DNA from: an uncultured virus (IMG/VR IMGVR_UViG_3300022900_000008)
Taxonomy: Duplodnaviria; Heunggongvirae; Uroviricota; Caudoviricetes
Virus record (IMG/VR): IMGVR_UViG_3300022900_000008
Reading direction: 5' to 3' (one strand)
DNA length: 20,000 nt
The notes under the pieces are model-generated. The model had not been told where the DNA came from. It made no database searches and worked only from the letters and a program-made list of their open reading frames with translations. A program made the position numbers and the translations under genes. Positions 16,090 through 20,000 of the stretch are shown here, piece by piece (position 1 is the first letter of the stretch; every line of letters starts with the position of its first letter).

Positions 16090-16291
16090 TGACGACTCAG
16101 AGTTTGAGATACTAACGTCATGGGATAGCCTTCAAGAGATTCTTAAGAAGAACCCACATTTCAAAACAGTTATAACAGCTCCTAGGATAGTTTCAGAGCG
16201 TGGAACTAATCTCAAGGTCGATGACGGTTTCAGAGAAACCATGTCAAAGATCAAGGATACATATAAAGTAAATAACATTAAGGATTACTGA
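16061..16291 (+). CDS. Conserved small protein with FmdB-like MPTY start but no Cys
   Basis: MPTYTV.N...NPH...APRIVS...DGFRE pattern recalled beside phoH in T4-like marine phages. Confidence 0.7.
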   Translation: MPTYTVRNTDDDSEFEILTSWDSLQEILKKNPHFKTVITAPRIVSERGTNLKVDDGFRETMSKIKDTYKVNNIKDY

Positions 16292-16294
16292 ACA

Positions 16295-16987
16295 GTGAAA
16301 AAGAGTGCCGGTTCTCTTAAAGTTAGACTTGACGATATGGTTGAGTTTGAGCCTTTAACTAAAATACAGAAAGATGTAATCGATGAGTATGAAGCAGGAA
16401 ACAATCTCGTCCTTGCAGGATCTGCAGGAACTGGCAAAACATTCTTGGCTATGTCCTTGGCTCTTGAAGATGCACTCGACAGAGATTGCTCACAGGACAA
16501 GGTCGTCATCGTTAGATCGATCGTTCCAACGAGAGACATCGGATTCCTTCCTGGAGATGAGGAAGAAAAGAAGGATGCATACACTGGTCCATACCGCGCA
16601 ATATGCACGGAACTATTTAACGAACCTGACGCGTGGACAAAACTCAAAACGGCGGGAACCGTAGGGTTTATCTCCACCTCGTTTATTCGTGGACTTACGA
16701 TTAACGACGCAATCATCATCGTTGATGAAATGCAGAACTTGACCTTTCATGAGTTGGACTCAGTGATAACTCGTGTTGGTCGTAACTGTAAGTTTATCAT
16801 GTGTGGTGACTACTATCAATCTGATTTTAACAAAGAAGGTGATAAAAATGGCATATTGAAGTTTTTAACTATTGTCGAACAACTACGGAAGTTTTCCGTA
16901 TTTGAATTTGGCTGGGAAGACATTGTACGTTCTGACTTTGTTCGGGACTACATTATGACCAAGGAAATGCTGAAAATAAGAGAGTAA
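16295..16987 (+). CDS. phoH: PhoH-family ATPase
   Basis: GSAGTGKT Walker A; IGFLPG; SFIRGLT; IIVDEMQN; TRVG; GDYYQSD; DIVRS. Confidence 0.95.
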   Translation: MKKSAGSLKVRLDDMVEFEPLTKIQKDVIDEYEAGNNLVLAGSAGTGKTFLAMSLALEDALDRDCSQDKVVIVRSIVPTRDIGFLPGDEEEKKDAYTGPYRAICTELFNEPDAWTKLKTAGTVGFISTSFIRGLTINDAIIIVDEMQNLTFHELDSVITRVGRNCKFIMCGDYYQSDFNKEGDKNGILKFLTIVEQLRKFSVFEFGWEDIVRSDFVRDYIMTKEMLKIRE

Positions 16988-16992
16988 GTGTC

Positions 16993-17169
16993 ATGGCGAA
17001 GTTCAAGAGATTTGATCCTCGTAATAAGAATGCAAACAAACACAAAAGAATGTCCAAAAACGCTTTCGTAGCAAAGAAATTTATAGATGATGAAGAATAT
17101 GTTTATACACGAACAAATAGACCTAGGGTACGAAGACCTAGAAGCGAAAACAACCTCCAGCGGGCGTAA
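16993..17169 (+). CDS. 58-aa basic protein, not in the ORF track (MAKFKRFDPRNKNANK...)
   Basis: Fills the phoH-exonuclease gap; its 3' part overlaps the exonuclease gene. Confidence 0.55.
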   Translation: MAKFKRFDPRNKNANKHKRMSKNAFVAKKFIDDEEYVYTRTNRPRVRRPRSENNLQRA

Positions 17170-17773
17170 GTATCAAACGCCAACGGGTAAGCAGTATCCG
17201 TCAGTAACGACGGTATTGTCAATCCTATCAGAGGAAGCAATTCAGAAGTGGAGAGCCAGAGTTGGCGCAGAGGAAGCGAATAAGATATCGCACCGAGCGG
17301 CAACTCGAGGTACTGCTGTACATGAGATCATTGAGAAGTATCTTGATAATGATCCACAGTTCAAGGAAGGATATATGCCAAACATTATATCCGACTTCAT
17401 GGACGTTAAACAGATCCTAGACGAAAGGGTCGGGACGATCTATGCTCAGGAGTGTCCACTCTACTCTGATTACCTTAAGATCGCTGGCAGGGTGGATTGT
17501 GTAGCTGAGTTTGATGGTAAACCTTCAATCATTGACTTTAAGACTTCGCGCAAAACCAAAAAGAAATCTTGGATTGAGAACTACTTCATTCAGGAGTCCG
17601 CATATGCCATTATGTGGGAAGAAAGAACTGGTATGCCAATCACTCAACTAGTGACAATCATATCCGTTGACAACGAGGACTCTCAGGTCTTTATCGAACA
17701 TAGGGACAACTGGGACGCTAAATTATTGGAGACCATTGATGAGTACAAGAAGAGAAAAATCTTTGGCCGTTAG
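17099..17773 (+). CDS. PD-(D/E)XK exonuclease (lambda-exo/Cas4-like fold)
   Basis: YPSVTTVL, RGTAVHE, AGRVDC, IIDFKTS and Q..AY motifs; start could be 17087, 17090 or 17099. Confidence 0.88.
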   Translation: MFIHEQIDLGYEDLEAKTTSSGRKYQTPTGKQYPSVTTVLSILSEEAIQKWRARVGAEEANKISHRAATRGTAVHEIIEKYLDNDPQFKEGYMPNIISDFMDVKQILDERVGTIYAQECPLYSDYLKIAGRVDCVAEFDGKPSIIDFKTSRKTKKKSWIENYFIQESAYAIMWEERTGMPITQLVTIISVDNEDSQVFIEHRDNWDAKLLETIDEYKKRKIFGR

Positions 17774-17921
17774 GGCTCATCAACAGATTGGAATTTGTTG
17801 TGAGACTCTTTGTGAAAAGGGCGTTGTGATTGACTACATCAAAGAGTTAGAGGATAAAGTCGATAAGCTTGAACGTGCAAACAAGCTATACGAAAAACTG
17901 CACAATAGGGTATTAAAATGA
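17739..17921 (+). CDS. Small coiled-coil hypothetical protein
   Basis: GGAG before ATG 17739; ATGA coupling to the next gene. Confidence 0.6.
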   Translation: MSTRREKSLAVRAHQQIGICCETLCEKGVVIDYIKELEDKVDKLERANKLYEKLHNRVLK

Positions 17922-18133
17922 ACCTAAAGAATATCATAGCCAAGACAGGTAGATCCATAGCATTTTCGCTGATGGCTATGTTTACAGCATTTTTTATCAT
18001 GTTACTTACAGTAGTTTTTTTCGACGAAACCGTCAAGAAATGGGACATTAAAAACGCACTTCCAGTGTTTGTCGCAGCGTGTGTTGGCTGTTTTGCAGGT
18101 AATACCATAGGCAAAGCAGTGAAAAAAATGTGA
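17918..18133 (+). CDS. Small protein with two transmembrane helices
   Basis: Two hydrophobic segments; basic termini. Confidence 0.7.
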   Translation: MNLKNIIAKTGRSIAFSLMAMFTAFFIMLLTVVFFDETVKKWDIKNALPVFVAACVGCFAGNTIGKAVKKM

Positions 18134-18135
18134 AA

Positions 18136-18168
18136 AAATATGAAAAAAAATGAACTTTTTTCATATTT
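18136..18168. repeat. Perfect 13-bp AT-rich inverted repeat within phased TGAAAAAA tracts
   Basis: AAATATGAAAAAA-AATGAAC-TTTTTTCATATTT. Confidence 0.8.
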
Positions 18169-18172
18169 GCTA

Positions 18173-18223
18173 TTTACATCTCCTTCGATATAGTGTATAA
18201 TAGTACTATCAAATGGAAGGAGA
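18173..18223 (+). promoter_or_regulatory. Early promoter (TTTACA 18173, TATAAT 18196) whose spacer TCTCCTTC is complementary to the downstream SD GAAGGAGA
   Basis: 17-nt spacer; 18179-18186 pairs with 18216-18223; inner ATAGTG/TACTAT pairing. Confidence 0.85.
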
Positions 18224-18230
18224 ATATATT

Positions 18231-18554
18231 ATGAACTACGAAAATGCAGTACAAAATGTGCTAGATTACATGGTCAAGGACTACTCTCGGTGGTCAAGCG
18301 GTAAAGATATGCCGTTACCAACTTACGTAATTGAGTCAGGTCGCAACTACGATCGTATCGTACAAATCTGCGGTTACAACCAGAGCCGATCTTGCGCTGG
18401 TTTCATCTGTCGTAAAGACAACTCAAAGAAAGGTTTTAAGACCGGAGACTTACTTATGTCTGCTGGTTGGAACGGTCCTGCAACTAACTTCACTCGTGGA
18501 AACATCTTCGAGGATAATTGCATGGAACGCGTTCGTTGGACGGGGATATTATGA
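18231..18554 (+). CDS. Conserved phage early hypothetical protein
   Basis: AAGGAG RBS; GRNYDRI...GFI...GDLLM.AGW..PA....RGNIF pattern recalled from T4-like phage early genes. Confidence 0.75.
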   Translation: MNYENAVQNVLDYMVKDYSRWSSGKDMPLPTYVIESGRNYDRIVQICGYNQSRSCAGFICRKDNSKKGFKTGDLLMSAGWNGPATNFTRGNIFEDNCMERVRWTGIL

Positions 18555-19138
18555 ACATGTATAAAAAAGATAAATTAATTTTAGTTGATTGTGATGGAGT
18601 CTTGGTCGATTGGGCCTACTCCTTCGACTGTTGGATGGAGGCTCGTGGTTACGAGCTTACCGATGAACATCATTACGATGTAGCAAAAAGGTATGGTATA
18701 CCAAGACATGTTACCAAATCACTGGTTCGTGACTTTAACGAATCTGCTGCGATTGGTTTCTTACCTCCTCTAAGAGATGCGGTATACTACATCAAGAAGC
18801 TGCATAAGGAACACGGGTTTGTGTTCCACTGCATTACGAGTCTAAGCCTAGACAAGTATGCAGGTAAGCTTCGTAAGCGTAACCTAGAAATGCTCTTTGG
18901 TGAAACTGTCTTTGACGAAGTAATCTGTTTGGATTGCGGAGCAGACAAGGAAGATGCATTACGTAAGTATGCTGATACCGAGTGTTACTGGGTAGAGGAT
19001 AAAGTCGAAAACGCTGAGGAAGGTCTTCTTCATGGTCTTGACTCAATCCTAGTTGCTCACGATCATAACGCTAACTATGAGGGAGAGATCCCAAGATACT
19101 GGAAGTGGAAACATATTTATGAATACATCACTAGTTAA
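18551..19138 (+). CDS. HAD-superfamily phosphatase / 5'-nucleotidase-like (T4 gp30.2-like)
   Basis: ILVDCDGVLVDW motif I; CITS; WVEDK..N; ATGA coupling. Confidence 0.8.
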   Translation: MNMYKKDKLILVDCDGVLVDWAYSFDCWMEARGYELTDEHHYDVAKRYGIPRHVTKSLVRDFNESAAIGFLPPLRDAVYYIKKLHKEHGFVFHCITSLSLDKYAGKLRKRNLEMLFGETVFDEVICLDCGADKEDALRKYADTECYWVEDKVENAEEGLLHGLDSILVAHDHNANYEGEIPRYWKWKHIYEYITS

Positions 19139-19628
19139 AGCGGGGCTAGTCGCCGCATTCGTTATTGGCTGTGCACCTGCACATGCTGATACAGTTTACC
19201 TCACAGGTACGGTCGTAGACGTAGACCCTACCTATACACAGCAGCGAGTCCAAACGCCGTATCGTGCTTGTGAGGTAAACCAAGTACCAATCTATGGTCA
19301 AGGAAACATGAACCAAGACGGTGCCATCCTTGGTGGTATCATCGGAGGTATCCTTGGTAACCAAGTTGGGAAAGGATCTGGCAAGGAAGTTGCCACTGGA
19401 GTAGGAGCACTAACCGGAGCTATCATTGGCGGTAAAGGCAATCAAAAGATTATCGGTTACCAAAATGTTGAGCAGTGTAGTGTTCAGTACGAAACATCAA
19501 TCAAGGACGTATTTGTATCAAACACTGTTACCGTAAGGGTAGGTGAAGAAAACTTGACGTTCTATAGCAAACGCCAATACGATGTCGGTCAGACCGCTCG
19601 TATTAAAATCAATAGAACTTTGGATTAA
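19119..19628 (+). CDS. Exported glycine-zipper (2TM) envelope protein
   Basis: Signal peptide ending AHA-D; GAILGGIIGGILGNQVGKGSGKEVATGVGALTGAIIG. Confidence 0.85.
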   Translation: MNTSLVKAGLVAAFVIGCAPAHADTVYLTGTVVDVDPTYTQQRVQTPYRACEVNQVPIYGQGNMNQDGAILGGIIGGILGNQVGKGSGKEVATGVGALTGAIIGGKGNQKIIGYQNVEQCSVQYETSIKDVFVSNTVTVRVGEENLTFYSKRQYDVGQTARIKINRTLD

Positions 19629-19637
19629 GAGGTAAAA

Positions 19638-19835
19638 ATGAGAGAACATTTAATTAAAGCCCTGAAGGCTCACGCGCATGGTCACATTCAAAAGCATGTG
19701 GCTAACGTTGAGATCTATCTTGAGCGAGCACAAGGAATTGCTGAACATCCAGACGTGGTCGACTCAATAGAAAAAGAACTTGCTGAAATCGCAGTATACG
19801 ATGATCAACTATCAATGCTTGAGAAGTATTTCTAA
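19638..19835 (+). CDS. Conserved small hypothetical phage protein
   Basis: GAGG RBS; AHA.G.I.KH.ANVE.YL....GI.EH.D pattern. Confidence 0.75.
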   Translation: MREHLIKALKAHAHGHIQKHVANVEIYLERAQGIAEHPDVVDSIEKELAEIAVYDDQLSMLEKYF

Positions 19836-20000
19836 TGTATAGACCTCTTCCTAGCTGCGTAACTATTCGTAACTCAGATATTGAGGGTCTAGGATTGTTT
19901 GCTATTGAAGAAATAAAAAAGGGCACTGAGATCGGAATGTCTCATTTCTACTGGGGTGAACAACTTTGCCGAACACCACTCGGTGCCTTTTATAACCATT
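19835..20000 (+). CDS. SET-domain protein, truncated by the window end
   Basis: MYRPLPSCVTIRNSDIEGLGLFAIEEIKKG...TPLGAFYNH contains the S-x-I-x-G-x-GLFA..I..G and start of the F-x-NH(S) SET signatures; TAATG coupling. Confidence 0.75.
   Translation, partial: MYRPLPSCVTIRNSDIEGLGLFAIEEIKKGTEIGMSHFYWGEQLCRTPLGAFYNH

Noticed and set aside
17099..17773. Cas4 or CRISPR system
   Set aside because: PD-(D/E)XK fold only; no four-Cys Fe-S motif, no other cas genes and no repeat-spacer array in the window
12..19926. All minus-strand ORFs and most short alternative-frame plus-strand ORFs in the track
   Set aside because: They shadow well-supported, tightly coupled plus-strand genes and show no recognisable motifs
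1..20000. Stop-codon reassignment
   Set aside because: TAA, TAG and TGA all end genes at sensible boundaries and conserved genes are full length under the standard code

Overview
A 20-kb stretch of a large T4-like (myovirus-type) phage genome. Coding is dense and entirely on the + strand; the spanin pair and sigma70-type promoters point to a Gram-negative host. Bases 1-7.7 kb form a late block of probable head-internal proteins: many start with a T4 capsid-targeting-like peptide (M-K-x-F-x-x-F/Y-x-x-E) and carry repeated hydrophobic-x-E motifs resembling prohead-protease sites. The block includes a protein with ligase-type KxDG/EGxV/K motifs, a HIGH-family nucleotidyltransferase fusion and an apparently modular polyprotein. 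Next come a small membrane protein, i-/o-spanins, class Ia nrdA-nrdB-glutaredoxin, a GIY-YIG nuclease, T4-type RNase H, a DenV-like glycosylase, PhoH, a PD-(D/E)XK exonuclease, a HAD hydrolase, a glycine-zipper protein and a truncated SET-domain gene. Four conserved early promoters (TTTACAT-N16-TATAATAGT) and several T4 late promoters (TATAAATA) are visible. Four promoters, two late and two early, lie in or at the 5' arm of hairpins that would mask the downstream ribosome-binding site. All family names come from motif recognition and recall, not database searches.
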